Positions 19,412 to 31,092 of a stretch of DNA of 52,421 bases are shown here, piece after piece. How positions within the stretch are numbered: position 1 is the stretch's first letter; each line of letters opens with the position of its first letter. The stretch is from Gammaproteobacteria bacterium (GTDB lineage: Bacteria > Pseudomonadota > Gammaproteobacteria > SZUA-229), in contig WFOC01000003.1 of the NCBI GenBank assembly GCA_015488295.1, positions 1-52,421 on the forward strand, in the 5' to 3' direction. A program made the translations under genes and the position numbers. The notes under the pieces were generated by a model. That model had not been told where the DNA came from, did no database searches, and saw only the letters and a list, made by a program, of their open reading frames with translations.

Positions 19412-19613
19412 TGAATACTCCCATGTTCAGGTGATTTTAAATAGACAAACGATGTAGAGGTTATTATTTTAATGATGATTCCTGACAACGATTATCTGGA
19501 ACCAGGCAAAGGTTACTACCAAAGTTTTGCTAAGCGGGATTTATACAGTGAGTTAATCAGTGTGTCAACGCTAAACCTGCAAAAACACTGGCTTTTCAGT
19601 GATTTTTGCCAAT

Positions 19614-19653
19614 AAAAAAGCCAACGCATTGATAAATGCGCTGGCTTTATTTT
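19614..19653 (-). terminator. intrinsic terminator after lon
   Basis: AAAAAAGCCAACGCATT...AATGCGCTGGCTTT hairpin with T-run on minus strand. Confidence 0.7.
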
Positions 19654-19715
19654 GTCAATAACTATAGAAGCAATTAGTTAAATAATTATATGCAGCCTTG
19701 CTGCAGATAAAATAT

Positions 19716-22154
19716 TTAATGCCGCAAGGCTGCCTCAGCTTTTTTATTTTTTGCTGATCTTGATGACTTCGTGCGACCTTTCACGTCATCTTTTAATGGC
19801 TCTGGCATTTCGGTTAATGCCAGCTCCAGCACCTCATCAATCCATCGTACCGGTTTCACATCCAGCTTGCTTAAAATGTTCTTGGGAATCTCCACCAGAT
19901 CTTTTTCATTCTCACGAGGAATCAATACCGTTTTAATGCCAGCACGATGTGCGGCCAGTAATTTTTCTTTCAGACCACCAATGGGTAACACTTCACCACG
20001 CAAAGTAATTTCGCCGGTCATGGCAACATTCGCATTCACCGGTTTTTTGGTGATTGATGAAGCCAGTGCAGTACACATACCAACGCCGGCACTGGGACCA
20101 TCTTTTGGTGTTGCACCTTCTGGCACGTGTACATGAATATCAATACTTTCCTGAAAATCCGGCTGTAAACCTAAGGTTGCAGCACGGCTACGAATAACGG
20201 TCATCGCTGCCTGAATTGATTCCTGCATCACATCACCGAGTTGACCTGTATAAGAAAGTTTGCCTTTACCCGGCATCACAGCAGATTCAATCGTCAGTAA
20301 CTCACCACCAACTTCTGTCCAGGCCAGACCGTTAACCTGCCCGATTTGATCATTGTCTTCAGCAACACCATAACGGAAACGCTTAACACCAAGATATTTT
20401 TCCAGCGTTTTTGGCGTAACCTTTGTCATCGCCTTTGCTTTCTTTTTATTGAGCACAACTTCTTTTACCACCTTGCGGCAGATCTTTGCGATCTCACGTT
20501 CGATGCTACGCACACCGGCTTCACGTGTGTAATAGCGCACTATATCCCGCAGTGCGGCATCAGTGATCTGGAGCTCATCTTCTTTCAGGCCGTTATTTTC
20601 CAGCTGTTTCGGCATTAGATAATTTTTTGCAATTTCAACTTTTTCATCTTCGGTGTAACCCGGCAGACGAATTACTTCCATGCGGTCTAACAATGGGCCG
20701 GGAATGTTCATGCTGTTTGCAGTAGCGACGAACATAACATCTGACAGGTCAAAATCGACTTCCAGATAATGGTCAGCAAAAGTATGGTTTTGCTCAGGGT
20801 CCAATACTTCCAGCAAGGCCGATGCCGGATCACCACGAAAGTCAGCCGCCATCTTGTCAATTTCATCAAGCAGGAACAATGGATTACGGGTGCCAACCTT
20901 GCTTAAGTTCTGAATAATTTTTCCTGGCAAGGAGCCGATATAAGTACGACGGTGACCACGAATTTCTGATTCATCACGCACGCCACCCAGCGCCATGCGA
21001 GTGTATTTACGATTGGTTGCTCTGGCGATGGAACGACCCAGGGATGTTTTACCAACACCCGGCGGACCAACCAGACACAGGATCGGGCCTTTTAATTTTT
21101 TCACACGCTGCTGTACAGCAAGATATTCCAGGATGCGCTCTTTTACTTTATCCAGGCCGTAATGATCATCGTTCAGCACTTCTTCTGCTGCCGCAAGATC
21201 ATGACGGATTTTTGATTTTTTCTTCCACGGGCAATCGACCAGCCAGTCAATGTAGTTGCGCACCACGGTGGCTTCTGCTGACATCGGTGACATCATCTTC
21301 AGCTTGTTTAATTCGCTGTCCGCTTTTTTTCTGGCCTCTTTGCTCATGCCAGATTTTTCAATTTTCTGTTCCAGCTCTTCGACTTCGTTCGGCGTATCTT
21401 CCATATCGCCGAGTTCTTTCTGAATAGCTTTCATCTGCTCATTCAGATAATACTCACGCTGGCTTTTTTCCATCTGCTGTTTGACACGGCCACGAATGCG
21501 TTTCTCGATTTGCAACATGTCGATCTCGCCATCAATCAGCTTCATGATGTATTCGAGTCTTTGCTGGACGTTGGAGATTTCCAGAATTTTCTGTTTCTCA
21601 TCCAGCTTCAATGACATATGCGCAGCAATGGTGTCGGAAAGGCGTGATGGCTCATCAATGCCGGCAAGCGAAGTCAGAACTTCGGCCGGGACTTTTTTGT
21701 TGAGTTTTACATATTGATCGAAGACACCAAGAGTCGAACGCGAAAGCACTTCGAGCTCCTGATCATCTTTGGAAACATCATCTGACAGCAATTGATAGCC
21801 AGCGACAAAAAAAGCGCCGCTCTCTTTCATGCCTTCAATGCGCGCACGCTGCGAACCTTCGACCAGCACCTTGATGGTGCCATCGGGCAGTTTCAATAAT
21901 TGCAGAATAGTGGCAAGTGTGCCGATCTCGTGAACATCGTCGATTGCAGGGTCATCAATATCCGCACTTTTCTGGGCAACCAGCAAAATCTGCTTGTTGT
22001 CCTGCATGGCGGCATCAAGCGCCTGTATGGATTTTTCACGGCCAACAAAAAGAGGGATGACCATGTGTGGATAAACCACTACATCACGTAAGGGTAAAAC
22101 GGGTACTTCTGAAGACGGTAATATGCCCGCTTCCTGGTCTTGTGTGCTAGCCAT
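19716..22154 (-). CDS. lon: ATP-dependent protease La
   Basis: [36 protein letters not shown]. Confidence 0.98.
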   Translation of the reverse strand: MASTQDQEAGILPSSEVPVLPLRDVVVYPHMVIPLFVGREKSIQALDAAMQDNKQILLVAQKSADIDDPAIDDVHEIGTLATILQLLKLPDGTIKVLVEGSQRARIEGMKESGAFFVAGYQLLSDDVSKDDQELEVLSRSTLGVFDQYVKLNKKVPAEVLTSLAGIDEPSRLSDTIAAHMSLKLDEKQKILEISNVQQRLEYIMKLIDGEIDMLQIEKRIRGRVKQQMEKSQREYYLNEQMKAIQKELGDMEDTPNEVEELEQKIEKSGMSKEARKKADSELNKLKMMSPMSAEATVVRNYIDWLVDCPWKKKSKIRHDLAAAEEVLNDDHYGLDKVKERILEYLAVQQRVKKLKGPILCLVGPPGVGKTSLGRSIARATNRKYTRMALGGVRDESEIRGHRRTYIGSLPGKIIQNLSKVGTRNPLFLLDEIDKMAADFRGDPASALLEVLDPEQNHTFADHYLEVDFDLSDVMFVATANSMNIPGPLLDRMEVIRLPGYTEDEKVEIAKNYLMPKQLENNGLKEDELQITDAALRDIVRYYTREAGVRSIEREIAKICRKVVKEVVLNKKKAKAMTKVTPKTLEKYLGVKRFRYGVAEDNDQIGQVNGLAWTEVGGELLTIESAVMPGKGKLSYTGQLGDVMQESIQAAMTVIRSRAATLGLQPDFQESIDIHVHVPEGATPKDGPSAGVGMCTALASSITKKPVNANVAMTGEITLRGEVLPIGGLKEKLLAAHRAGIKTVLIPRENEKDLVEIPKNILSKLDVKPVRWIDEVLELALTEMPEPLKDDVKGRTKSSRSAKNKKAEAALRH

Positions 22155-22305
22155 GGCTACCTCTAATGATTAGTCGTTACTAGTAAGTGTAGACAAGTGC
22201 AAAGCTTTTCAAGTGCCTTACCAGCAAAATAGTCTGAAAACAAAAGTTATAGATTGTAAGCTGCTGTTTTATGACGGGCAGTGACGGTTTTTCTGCTCAG
22301 GGGTC

Positions 22306-23586
22306 TCAGCTTTCCTGACTGATTTTCTGTGGCTCACCGCCTTCATAAACCAGATACGGTTGATTACTGCCTTCAACCACAGCTTCATCAACAACCACTT
22401 TGGAAACACCCTCCAGTGACGGCAGTTCGTACATGGTATCGAGCAGAATGGTTTCCAGAATGGTTCGCAGACCACGGGCACCGGTCTTGCGCTCCATGGC
22501 TTTTTTGGCGATGGCATGCAGCGCTTCTTCTCGCAGCTCCAGCTCGCTGCCTTCCATCTCGATCATCTTGCCATACTGTTTGCTCAGTGCATTTCTGGGT
22601 TCGGTCAGAATAGTCACCAGGGCATCCTCATCCAGCTCTTCGAGCGTGGCGACAACAGGCAGACGTCCAACGAATTCCGGAATCAAACCGTAGGAAATAA
22701 GGTCATCCGCTTCCAGCTCATCAATCACTTCATGTGCTTTGCGCTCCTCATCTTTGGTGCGTACTTCCGCACCAAAGCCAATACCGCCCTTTTCAGAACG
22801 GTTACGAATCACTTTATCCAGGCCGGCAAATGCACCGCCGCAGATAAACAGAATATTTGATGTATCGACCTGTAAAAATTCCTGCTGTGGATGCTTGCGA
22901 CCACCCTGCGGTGGCACCGATGCAACCGTACCTTCAATCAGTTTAAGCAATGCCTGCTGTACACCTTCACCGGATACGTCACGGGTAATCGACGGGTTAT
23001 CTGACTTGCGCGAAATCTTGTCGATCTCATCGATGTAAACAATGCCGGTCTGCGCTTTATCAACGTCATAATCACATTTCTGTAAAAGTTTCTGAATGAT
23101 GTTTTCAACATCTTCACCAACATAACCGGCTTCAGTCAGCGTGGTAGCATCAGCGATGGTAAAAGGCACATCCAGCAGCCTGGCCAGGGTTTCAGCCAGC
23201 AGCGTTTTACCGGAGCCGGTTGGCCCGATCATCAGGATATTGCTTTTTGATAATTCGATATCGTCTTTTTTATGTTTTACTTCAAGACGTTTGTAGTGGT
23301 TATAAACCGCGACAGAGAGTATTTTCTTGGCACGCGCCTGACCGATAACATAATCGTCAAGAATGGCGTTAATTTCACGGGGGGTTGGTAATTTCTTGAT
23401 CGCTGTACTGGTTTCGTCTTCCAGCTCTTCAAGGATAATGTCATTACATAACTCGACACATTCGTCACAAACGTAAACGGACGGCCCCGCGATCAGCTTT
23501 TTGACTTCGTGCTGGCTCTTGCCACAGAAGGAGCAATAAAGCAGTTTTTCTGAATCATTTCCGGTGGTGTTTCTATCGTCGCTCAT
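22306..23586 (-). CDS. clpX: Clp protease ATP-binding subunit
   Basis: CSFC zinc finger, [11 protein letters not shown] loop, TGARGLR. Confidence 0.98.
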   Translation of the reverse strand: MSDDRNTTGNDSEKLLYCSFCGKSQHEVKKLIAGPSVYVCDECVELCNDIILEELEDETSTAIKKLPTPREINAILDDYVIGQARAKKILSVAVYNHYKRLEVKHKKDDIELSKSNILMIGPTGSGKTLLAETLARLLDVPFTIADATTLTEAGYVGEDVENIIQKLLQKCDYDVDKAQTGIVYIDEIDKISRKSDNPSITRDVSGEGVQQALLKLIEGTVASVPPQGGRKHPQQEFLQVDTSNILFICGGAFAGLDKVIRNRSEKGGIGFGAEVRTKDEERKAHEVIDELEADDLISYGLIPEFVGRLPVVATLEELDEDALVTILTEPRNALSKQYGKMIEMEGSELELREEALHAIAKKAMERKTGARGLRTILETILLDTMYELPSLEGVSKVVVDEAVVEGSNQPYLVYEGGEPQKISQES

Positions 23587-23839
23587 AAATCTCTCTCAAC
23601 ACGTGGTTGCTGTTACCTTGCCAATTCACGCGCCATCTTTCAAGTTTTTCTTGCAGGTAATTATTAAAATCAATCTCTACACTAGACAATAGCGTATAGA
23701 TAAAATTCATGCAGGGTTTTAAGGGTGGTTTTTGATGATATTTTGTAGAAATATAAGGCTGAGCTTACATTTTTCAAGGATAAACCGGCCACTTAAGTAA
23801 ATAAATGACCGATTTTCTCCTGAATACGCAATTTCCGGA

Positions 23840-24466
23840 CTATTTACGTGTGTTTAGCACTTCGTCGATAAGGCCGTATTCGACAGCCTGCTCAGCCCCC
23901 ATAAAGTTATCACGCTCGGTATCATTATCGATTACTTCAATGCTTTGACCGGTATGATCTGCCAGCAGCTGGTTTAACTGCTCACGAATTTTCAGAATTT
24001 CCTTGGCGTGAATTTCGATATCACTCGCCTGCCCCTGATAACCACCCAATGGCTGGTGGATCATGACGCGGGAATGCGGCAGTGAAAAACGTTTGCCCTT
24101 GGCACCCGCCGCCAGTAATACCGCACCCATGCTGGCCGCCTGGCCAATACATAATGTGCTGATATCCGGCTTGATGAACTGCATGGTGTCATATATCGCC
24201 AGACCGGCTGTCACCGAACCGCCGGGAGAATTAATGTAAACCGAAATATCTTTATCCGGATTTTCCGACTCCAGGAACAATAGCTGCGCCACCACCAGAT
24301 TTGCCATATGGTCTTCAATCTGACCAACAATAAAAATTACACGCTCTTTCAGCAGGCGGGAATAGATGTCATACGAACGTTCACCGCGTGGTGTCTGTTC
24401 GATAACCATTGGAACAAGATTTAATGATTGTGCCTCTAAAGCACTATTAGAATTATTGTTGATCAT
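23840..24466 (-). CDS. clpP: Clp protease proteolytic subunit
   Basis: [28 protein letters not shown]. Confidence 0.98.
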   Translation of the reverse strand: MINNNSNSALEAQSLNLVPMVIEQTPRGERSYDIYSRLLKERVIFIVGQIEDHMANLVVAQLLFLESENPDKDISVYINSPGGSVTAGLAIYDTMQFIKPDISTLCIGQAASMGAVLLAAGAKGKRFSLPHSRVMIHQPLGGYQGQASDIEIHAKEILKIREQLNQLLADHTGQSIEVIDNDTERDNFMGAEQAVEYGLIDEVLNTRK

Positions 24467-24517
24467 TATTTACGCCGTCGTCTTTTATTTATTTCAGAAG
24501 TCTGAATAATAGTCGCT

Positions 24518-25813
24518 TTACGCAGTTTTACCCGTTTCCGGATTCATTACTTCATCAAAAGTACTGTTTTTAGTGCTGATAGATGCCTGTTCAGCAACCC
24601 AGTCAACTACTTTGTCTTCCATTACCAGCGTCTGAATGCCGCTTAACAGTTCCTGATTACCCATGTAATAATTCACAAATTCGCTCGGATCATCATAATC
24701 CTTCGCCATATCTTCAACCCGCTCCTTGATCATGTCCGCATCAATCTGAAGCTCGGATATTTTAGCTACTTCAGCCAGAATCATACCCAGCTGAACGCGA
24801 CGTTTGGCATCATCCATGAAGGCTTCAGCTGTTACGTTGCTGCCCGGTGTTTGCACTTCGGTCTGTTTCTTCAGCGTTTCAGCTTCCTGCTGCACTATAG
24901 CTGTTGGCACGTCGATGGCATTGGCAGTAACCAGTGCTTCCATCACGTTTGCCTTTAATATGCTGCGTAATTTTCTGCCCAGTTCACGTTCCATGTTGGC
25001 GCGTATATCTGTTTTCAATTGCTCGACATCACCACTTTCAACACCAAACGCTTTGGCAAAAGCCTCATCAAGCTCAGGCATTTTTGGCTCTTCAACTTTT
25101 TTCACAGTAACTGCAAATTCAGCTTCTTTTCCAGCAAGTTCGCTAGAAGCATAATCTTCAGGGAAGGAAACTTTGAAGGTGGTTTCATCGCCGGCTTTCA
25201 GACCCTTCAAATGTTCTTCAAAACCGGGGATCATCTGGCCAGCACCCAGCACGACAGGCATATCGTTAGCGCTGCCGCCATCAAATTTTTCGCCATCAAC
25301 GCTGCCGACAAAGTCGATGCTGATGCGGTCATCGTTAGCAGAAGCACGGTCCACTTCTGACCAGTCCATCTTCTGCTTACGCAGTACGTCGATCATTTTC
25401 TCGACATCGCTGTCGTCAACACTGGCTTCTACTTTTTCGACAGCAAGATCTGCAACCGGAGCAAGTGTTACTTCAGGATAAATTTCAAAAGTCGCGGTAT
25501 ATTCCATCGCCTGGCCTAACGCCAGCTCCTGCGTTTGAATGACAGGCTCGCCCGCTGGCTGCAGTTTTTCCTGTGTCACCGCTTCCTGGAAGGTGCGCTG
25601 CATTAATTCACCGGCAACTTCCTGCAAGATGGTTCCGGAATATTTTTGCTTAACAACCTTGAAAGGAACCTTACCCGGGCGAAAGCCATCAATCCGCACT
25701 GTATTTTTTATAGAATTCAGTCGGTTGTTCACTTCCATCTCGACGGTTTCTGCAGGCACCTGAACAGTTAACTTACGCTCTAGACCTTCACCTGCTTCAA
25801 CTGAAACTTGCAT
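24518..25813 (-). CDS. tig: trigger factor
   Basis: IDGFRPGKVP signature, FKBP domain MIPGFEE. Confidence 0.97.
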   Translation of the reverse strand: MQVSVEAGEGLERKLTVQVPAETVEMEVNNRLNSIKNTVRIDGFRPGKVPFKVVKQKYSGTILQEVAGELMQRTFQEAVTQEKLQPAGEPVIQTQELALGQAMEYTATFEIYPEVTLAPVADLAVEKVEASVDDSDVEKMIDVLRKQKMDWSEVDRASANDDRISIDFVGSVDGEKFDGGSANDMPVVLGAGQMIPGFEEHLKGLKAGDETTFKVSFPEDYASSELAGKEAEFAVTVKKVEEPKMPELDEAFAKAFGVESGDVEQLKTDIRANMERELGRKLRSILKANVMEALVTANAIDVPTAIVQQEAETLKKQTEVQTPGSNVTAEAFMDDAKRRVQLGMILAEVAKISELQIDADMIKERVEDMAKDYDDPSEFVNYYMGNQELLSGIQTLVMEDKVVDWVAEQASISTKNSTFDEVMNPETGKTA

Positions 25814-25884
25814 AATTACCTCGGTAAATAAAACTTATGTGAGCTGCTATAAATAAATTTATAAAAAACAGCTCTATAGAAAAA

Positions 25885-25968
<84 letters not shown>

Positions 25969-25988
25969 AATAAGATGTTGATATTAAC

Positions 25989-26012
25989 AAAAAAAGGCAG
26001 GTTTTTCCTGCC
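25989..26012 (-). terminator. intrinsic terminator within the tRNA cluster
   Basis: GGCAGG/CCTGCC stem followed by T7 on minus strand. Confidence 0.65.
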
Positions 26013-26050
26013 CTATTTTATCGTTATCAGCCTTTTGGCATCAAATATTA

Positions 26051-26102
26051 TGGTTAGTAATCAGGGATTTAACGCCCCGCGCTACCAGTTGAGCTAACCA
26101 CC
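26051..26102 (-). pseudogene. degenerate tRNA lacking the anticodon arm
   Basis: Minus strand GGTGGTTAGCTCAACTGGTAGCGC-GGGGCGTTAAATCCCT-GATTACTAACCA: tRNA-like 5' end and D-loop, T-arm-like hairpin, CCA end, 52 nt. Confidence 0.55.
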
Positions 26103-26145
26103 TGTAGCGGCGCACTCTGTCGAGAACCTTAAGCTCTCTTAAATA

Positions 26146-26222
26146 TGGGGTGGACGATGGGGCTCGAACCCACGACGACCGGAATCACAATCCGGGACTC
26201 TACCAACTGAGCTACGTCCACC
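26146..26222 (-). tRNA. tRNA-His(GTG)
   Basis: Anticodon loop TTGTGAT, encoded G-1, CCA end. Confidence 0.96.
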
Positions 26223-26248
26223 ATAATTTTTATATGCTGGCGTATGTC

Positions 26249-26325
26249 TGGCACGCCTGGCAGGATTCGAACCTGCTACCCTCGGCTTAGAAGGCCGATG
26301 CTCTATCCGAGTGAGCTACAGGCGC
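26249..26325 (-). tRNA. tRNA-Arg(TCT)
   Basis: 77 nt, anticodon loop CTTCTAA, CCA end. Confidence 0.96.
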
Positions 26326-26394
26326 AGAATTTTAAACCTGTTTTACATAAACAAACTTACACCAGTCACAATCCATCGCAACCAGCTTTAAATA

Positions 26395-26471
26395 TGGTCG
26401 GGGTAGAGAGATTCGAACTCCCGACATCCTGCTCCCAAAGCAGGCGCGCTACCAGACTGCGCTATACCCCG
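26395..26471 (-). tRNA. tRNA-Pro(TGG)
   Basis: 77 nt, CGGGGTA start, anticodon loop TTTGGGA, CCA end. Confidence 0.96.
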
Positions 26472-26535
26472 ACATCTCCTGAACGAACCGTGAAAACTTA
26501 ATTGGGCTGTTTCCACACGAATCAAGAGGCGGGGA

Positions 26536-26564
26536 ATATTACGCTTTGCTAAAGCGCGGGTCAA
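26536..26564 (-). promoter_or_regulatory. sigma70 promoter of the tRNA operon
   Basis: TTGACC-17 nt-TAATAT followed by GC-rich discriminator TCCCCGCC. Confidence 0.75.
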
Positions 26565-26661
26565 GACACTTTCTCATTTATAGTTCGTGATAACTGTTGC
26601 TTGTAGAAAGCATGGCTCACGTGCGAAAATTACATTCTTTCAGCGTAACAAAATAATTAAT

Positions 26662-27525
26662 ATGTCAGCACAGATCATAGACGGTAAAGCTATCGCAGCC
26701 GATGTCAGAAATCAGGTACGCCTCGATATCGAACAACGCATCAAAAATAACAGGCGTGCGCCCGGGCTGGCCGTCATCCTGGTGGGGCTCGATCCGGCTT
26801 CGCAGGTTTATGTCAGAAAAAAACGTGAGGCCTGTGATGAAGCCGGCCTGGTTTCAAAATCGTATGATCTCGATGAAAATACCGACCAGCAAACTTTGTT
26901 AAAGCTGATCGAGGAATTAAATAACGATACCAGCATCGACGGCATCCTGGTACAGCTGCCGCTACCTGAGCACATCGATGACACCCTGATACTGGAAGCC
27001 ATCCACCCCGATAAAGATGTCGACGGCTTTCATCCCTACAATATCGGCCGCCTGGTACAGCGCATGCCCACACTGCGCCCATGCACTCCACACGGTGTTA
27101 TTCACATGCTGGAAAGTATTGGCGAAAAATTTAAAGGTCGTCACGCGGTGGTCGTTGGCGCGTCCAATATCGTCGGCCGCCCCATGAATCTGGAATTATT
27201 ACTGGCCGGTGCCACCGTCACCGTCACCCACCGCTTCACCAATGATCTGGCTTCTTACGTGGCAGATGCTGACATTCTGGTCGTCGCTGTTGGCAAACCC
27301 GGCATTGTCAAAGGTGAATGGGTAAAACCCGGTGCAACTGTTATCGATGTTGGCATCAACCGCCTGCCCAACGGCAAGCTGACCGGTGATGTCGATTTTG
27401 AGGCCGCCGCAGAACGCGCTGCCTGGATCACCCCCGTGCCCGGAGGCGTTGGCCCGATGACCGTCGCCATGCTGATCCGCAATACCTTGCAGGCCGCCGA
27501 GAAACATGACCTGAATACGGCATAG
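26662..27525 (+). CDS. folD: bifunctional methylenetetrahydrofolate dehydrogenase/cyclohydrolase
   Basis: MSAQIIDGK start at ATG 26662, [28 protein letters not shown]. Confidence 0.97.
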   Translation: MSAQIIDGKAIAADVRNQVRLDIEQRIKNNRRAPGLAVILVGLDPASQVYVRKKREACDEAGLVSKSYDLDENTDQQTLLKLIEELNNDTSIDGILVQLPLPEHIDDTLILEAIHPDKDVDGFHPYNIGRLVQRMPTLRPCTPHGVIHMLESIGEKFKGRHAVVVGASNIVGRPMNLELLLAGATVTVTHRFTNDLASYVADADILVVAVGKPGIVKGEWVKPGATVIDVGINRLPNGKLTGDVDFEAAAERAAWITPVPGGVGPMTVAMLIRNTLQAAEKHDLNTA

Positions 27526-27569
27526 ATTTCCGGCGCAACAATGATTCAAGGTAATAAAAAACCTGCCAT

Positions 27570-27798
27570 AAAGAAAAGTTGGCAGTCATCAGTTTGCAGT
27601 CAATAGTAAAAGAAAAAGCTTATTCACCACAGAGGCACAGAGAACACAGAGAAAAGCCTTTCTTTATTGTTTACTGCGCCGCAGGCGCATTAAACAAAAA
27701 AACTCTGTGCCCTCTGTACCCTCTGTGCCTCTGTGGTGAAATCATTTTTAAAGTTTTTTTGTTTTTAACTGCCTACTGCAAACTGCCAACTTCTCTTT
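27570..27798. repeat. nested palindromic element: outer heptamer arms, inner nonamer arms
   Basis: Outer AAGTTGGCAGTCATCAGTTTGCAGT / ACTGCCTACTGCAAACTGCCAACTT; inner TTCACCACAGAGGCACAGAG / CTCTGTGCCTCTGTGGTGAA (27623-27740). Confidence 0.8.
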
Positions 27799-27848
27799 TA
27801 CGTCATTTTCAAACCGCAAATACAAACAAAAACATAAAGTCTCTCTGC

Positions 27849-28256
27849 TCAAAAATGCACCAGACCTTTCAGCACCATATCGGTGTAGCTGATAATGCCA
27901 ATCACTTTTCGGTTCTCCACCACCGGCGCACGTGACAGGCCAAACTTTTCAAAATAGCGCGCGCAGTAACGAATATCCATGGCAGGATCAACCGGCAACA
28001 ACGGCTTTGCCATAATCTCATAAACATTCACCCGGTCCGGCGAACGGTCTTTTGCCAGCACTTCTCTGGCGATGTCAGAAATCAATACCATGCCGTACTC
28101 ATCGTCATCATGCCGCTTGTTCACGATCAACGATTTTGTCTCGACATGCTTCATGGTACGCAGCGCATCCATCACTGTGACCCGACCATCGATCATATCA
28201 AATTCCTGCTTCATCACATCGCGCACGCGAATGATTTTTCTGTCCGAACTCATCAT
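27849..28256 (-). CDS. CBS-domain pair protein
   Basis: VRDVM, VYEIMAKP, APVVENRKVIGIIS. Confidence 0.9.
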   Translation of the reverse strand: MMSSDRKIIRVRDVMKQEFDMIDGRVTVMDALRTMKHVETKSLIVNKRHDDDEYGMVLISDIAREVLAKDRSPDRVNVYEIMAKPLLPVDPAMDIRYCARYFEKFGLSRAPVVENRKVIGIISYTDMVLKGLVHF

Positions 28257-28603
28257 AATTCTGCCTCCACCACATCCACTAATTTTTCTATCTGATGCGC
28301 CACACCTACGGCATCTTCAACATCAATCTGAATCGCAATGCCGGTACCCGGTCGTTCTTCAAACTCCCCGACTTCGGCAATTTTTTCAATGATATGCCGA
28401 CTCAGATGTTCTTCGACCAGAAACAGAACAACATCACGCTGCGCCTCTAATGACAGACCAAAAAAGGTTTTTTTCTCCGCCAGTCCCTGACCTCGCGCAT
28501 TATTGATCACCGTTGCTCCTGTAGCACCTTCTTTTCTGGCGGCATCCATCACTGCCGACGTTTTTGAATCTTCAACGAAGGTAAGGATTAATTTAAAGTG
28601 CAT
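28253..28603 (-). CDS. P-II family signal protein
   Basis: GATGATVINNARGQG, PGTGIAIQIDVEDAVG; start at ATG 28603. Confidence 0.88.
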   Translation of the reverse strand: MHFKLILTFVEDSKTSAVMDAARKEGATGATVINNARGQGLAEKKTFFGLSLEAQRDVVLFLVEEHLSRHIIEKIAEVGEFEERPGTGIAIQIDVEDAVGVAHQIEKLVDVVEAEL

Positions 28604-28645
28604 GATATGCCTCCCCATTATTTAAAATCTGTTTACTCATTAGAG

Positions 28646-29491
28646 TTAACTCCGCTCATCTGGTTTAGTATTTTGCCCGCTGCCGCTTTGCTTCTTTTGA
28701 TAATACTCGTCTTTCGATCTTTTCTTTAAAGCATGCGCATCTTTAAATTCTGACAACTGCGCGTAAGCCATCACAGAAATAATCGGACACAGGCTGGCAA
28801 ACGCAATCAGACCAAAACCATCGATCAACGGACTTCGCCCCGGCACGGTTTCTGCCAGCCCCAGACCCAGTGCAGCAACCAGTGGCACGGTCACCGTCGA
28901 GGTGGTAACACCACCGGAATCATAAGCCAGCGGCACGATTAATTTTGGTGAGAAAAATGTCTGGATGACGACGATAACGTAACCGCTGATAATAAAATAA
29001 TGCATCGGTGCGCCGATGACGATGCGATAACTGCCCAGCGCCAGGCCGATAGCAACACCAATCGCCACCGCCACCCGCAAACCCCAGACACCAATCGCAC
29101 CACCGGAAACTTCATTGGCTTTCATCGCCACCGCGATCAATGCCGGCTCAGCAATGGTGGTGCCGGCACCGATGGCAAAGGCAAAAATATACACCCAGTA
29201 ATAATCCTGCCAGTGCAACGCACCAGTGGTTATACGCACGCTCTGCAAAAATTCCGGATTGGTCAACTGCTCGGCCATGCTACGGCCAATGGGAAACAGT
29301 GCCTGCTCCAGCCCGAGCAGAAAGAAGGTAATGCCGATCAGCACATACAGCATACCGGCCAGCACTTTTTTCAGATTTCTCACCCGCTTTCGAATCACCA
29401 GAAACTGAAAGCCAAAAATAATCACAGCAATCGGCAACACATCAAAAAACGTATCCAGCAGCAAGCCTGGGAAATCCTGAAAAAACTGCAT
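28646..29491 (-). CDS. DUF1538 membrane protein
   Basis: [35 protein letters not shown]. Confidence 0.88.
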   Translation of the reverse strand: MQFFQDFPGLLLDTFFDVLPIAVIIFGFQFLVIRKRVRNLKKVLAGMLYVLIGITFFLLGLEQALFPIGRSMAEQLTNPEFLQSVRITTGALHWQDYYWVYIFAFAIGAGTTIAEPALIAVAMKANEVSGGAIGVWGLRVAVAIGVAIGLALGSYRIVIGAPMHYFIISGYVIVVIQTFFSPKLIVPLAYDSGGVTTSTVTVPLVAALGLGLAETVPGRSPLIDGFGLIAFASLCPIISVMAYAQLSEFKDAHALKKRSKDEYYQKKQSGSGQNTKPDERS

Positions 29492-30225
29492 CAGAAAATC
29501 ATCCCGTAAGCGAGTACAAAAATAATGGGAAACAGGGAAGCAAAAGCGATCAGACCAAAGCCATCCAGCATCGGGCTGCGACCGCTAATCGATGATGCCA
29601 GACCGATGCCCAGTGCAGTAACCAGCGGCACGGTAATGGTCGAAGTGGTAACGCCGCCGGAGTCATAGGCAATACCGATGATTTCATCCGGTGCAAAACC
29701 GGTAAGCACAATCACCATCATGTAGCCACCCATAATAAGATACTGCAGCGACCAGTTTAATAAAATCCGCAGCACACCAAGCGCAATAGCAAACCCCACC
29801 GACAGTGCCACGGTAAGGCGCAGACCATCCGCATAAGCTTCCATCGCCGTTGTATTCATTCCGATCATCCCCGCCTCGGCGGCTACTTTCGAAGCTTCTT
29901 CAGCGACCGCAATCAATGCCGGTTCAGCGATGGTGGTGCCAAAGCCCAGGGCAAAAGCAAAAGTCAGTAACCAGAACACACTGCCTTTGCTGGCAAAATC
30001 GTACGCCATTGATTCACCAACGGGAAACAGTCCCTGCTCCAGACCAAAGATAAAAAACGTCAAACCCAGCACTACAAAAAACAGGCCGACAAATGTCTGC
30101 AGCAGGTTTTCTGGTGCCTGCTGCAAAACCACTATCTGAAAAAAAGCGATAACCAGAATAATCGGCAGCAGGTCACGCATGCTGCCGAGAAAAGACTTCG
30201 TAAAAAGACGGGCCGGACCTTTCAA
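29491..30225 (-). CDS. DUF1538 membrane protein (paralogue)
   Basis: [35 protein letters not shown]; TTG start uncertain. Confidence 0.86.
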   Translation of the reverse strand: MKGPARLFTKSFLGSMRDLLPIILVIAFFQIVVLQQAPENLLQTFVGLFFVVLGLTFFIFGLEQGLFPVGESMAYDFASKGSVFWLLTFAFALGFGTTIAEPALIAVAEEASKVAAEAGMIGMNTTAMEAYADGLRLTVALSVGFAIALGVLRILLNWSLQYLIMGGYMMVIVLTGFAPDEIIGIAYDSGGVTTSTITVPLVTALGIGLASSISGRSPMLDGFGLIAFASLFPIIFVLAYGMIF

Positions 30226-30226
30226 G

Positions 30227-31036
30227 CTAGACGGTTCCTGTATTCAGTTCAGTAAAAAATCTGCGACTGTTTTCATAAGCCGCTGTGATCAACTGATCTT
30301 CTTCCAGAAGCATATGTTTTGCCACCGCCCGTGCAATATGCGGAAGAAAATACGGTTCGTTGCGGCCTTTCTGCACAGGTTTTTCTTTCAGGTCGCGTGG
30401 CAATAAATAAGGCGCGTCTGTTTCCAGCATGATTCTGTCCAGAGGAATATGCCCTACCGCCTGCTGCAGGGATGCGCCGCGTCGCTCATCACAGATCCAG
30501 CCGGTGACACCGACATACATATCGAGCAGAACATAGTCATTCACCTCTTCGATAGTACCGGTAAAACAGTGCGCAACGATCTTATCCAGATTACTGCGAC
30601 AGCTTTTTATCATCGAAACAAAATCTTCATGCGCATCACGCTGGTGTAAAAATAACGGTTTTTGCAGATCAATCGCGATTTCCAGCTGTGCTTCAAAAGT
30701 GCGAATCTGTTCTTTTCGCGTAGCAAAGTTGCGATTGAAATCCAGCCCGCATTCACCGACAGCCACTGCATTTTTGTGTTTCAGCATGTCTCGCAATTCA
30801 CTGTCCAGAGCACTGGAATAATCACCAGCGTGATGAGGATGCAAACCGACAGTGGCATAACAAACAGATTCGTATTGCTCTGTTAACAACAGCGCCTGTT
30901 CACTGTGCAAGCTATCCGTGCCGGTCACGATTAACTGCTTAACACCCGCTTCCAGTGCACGCTCAATCACCTGCTCAATATCTTTTTTAAACGAACTGCC
31001 GGTTAAGTTAACACCGATATCAACATATTTTTTCAT
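30227..31036 (-). CDS. tatD: TatD family nuclease
   Basis: [35 protein letters not shown]; start at MKKYVDIG chosen (31048 is an alternative). Confidence 0.93.
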   Translation of the reverse strand: MKKYVDIGVNLTGSSFKKDIEQVIERALEAGVKQLIVTGTDSLHSEQALLLTEQYESVCYATVGLHPHHAGDYSSALDSELRDMLKHKNAVAVGECGLDFNRNFATRKEQIRTFEAQLEIAIDLQKPLFLHQRDAHEDFVSMIKSCRSNLDKIVAHCFTGTIEEVNDYVLLDMYVGVTGWICDERRGASLQQAVGHIPLDRIMLETDAPYLLPRDLKEKPVQKGRNEPYFLPHIARAVAKHMLLEEDQLITAAYENSRRFFTELNTGTV

Positions 31037-31092
31037 ATCAGTTATCATATCAGTTCCGACCGCTAACAATAAAAACAAAAAGGTATTTCACC

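Noticed and set aside
22180-22213. Possible sigma32 promoter upstream of lon (CTTGAAA) and a similar -35 upstream of clpX
   Set aside because: The -35 matches but the CCCCAT -10 is poor; not supportable from sequence alone.
26244-26501. 85-aa ORF on plus strand
   Set aside because: Antisense to tRNA-Arg and tRNA-Pro.
27579-27935. 118-aa ORF across the nested repeat
   Set aside because: Translation of palindromic repeats, overlapping the CBS gene; no protein family features.
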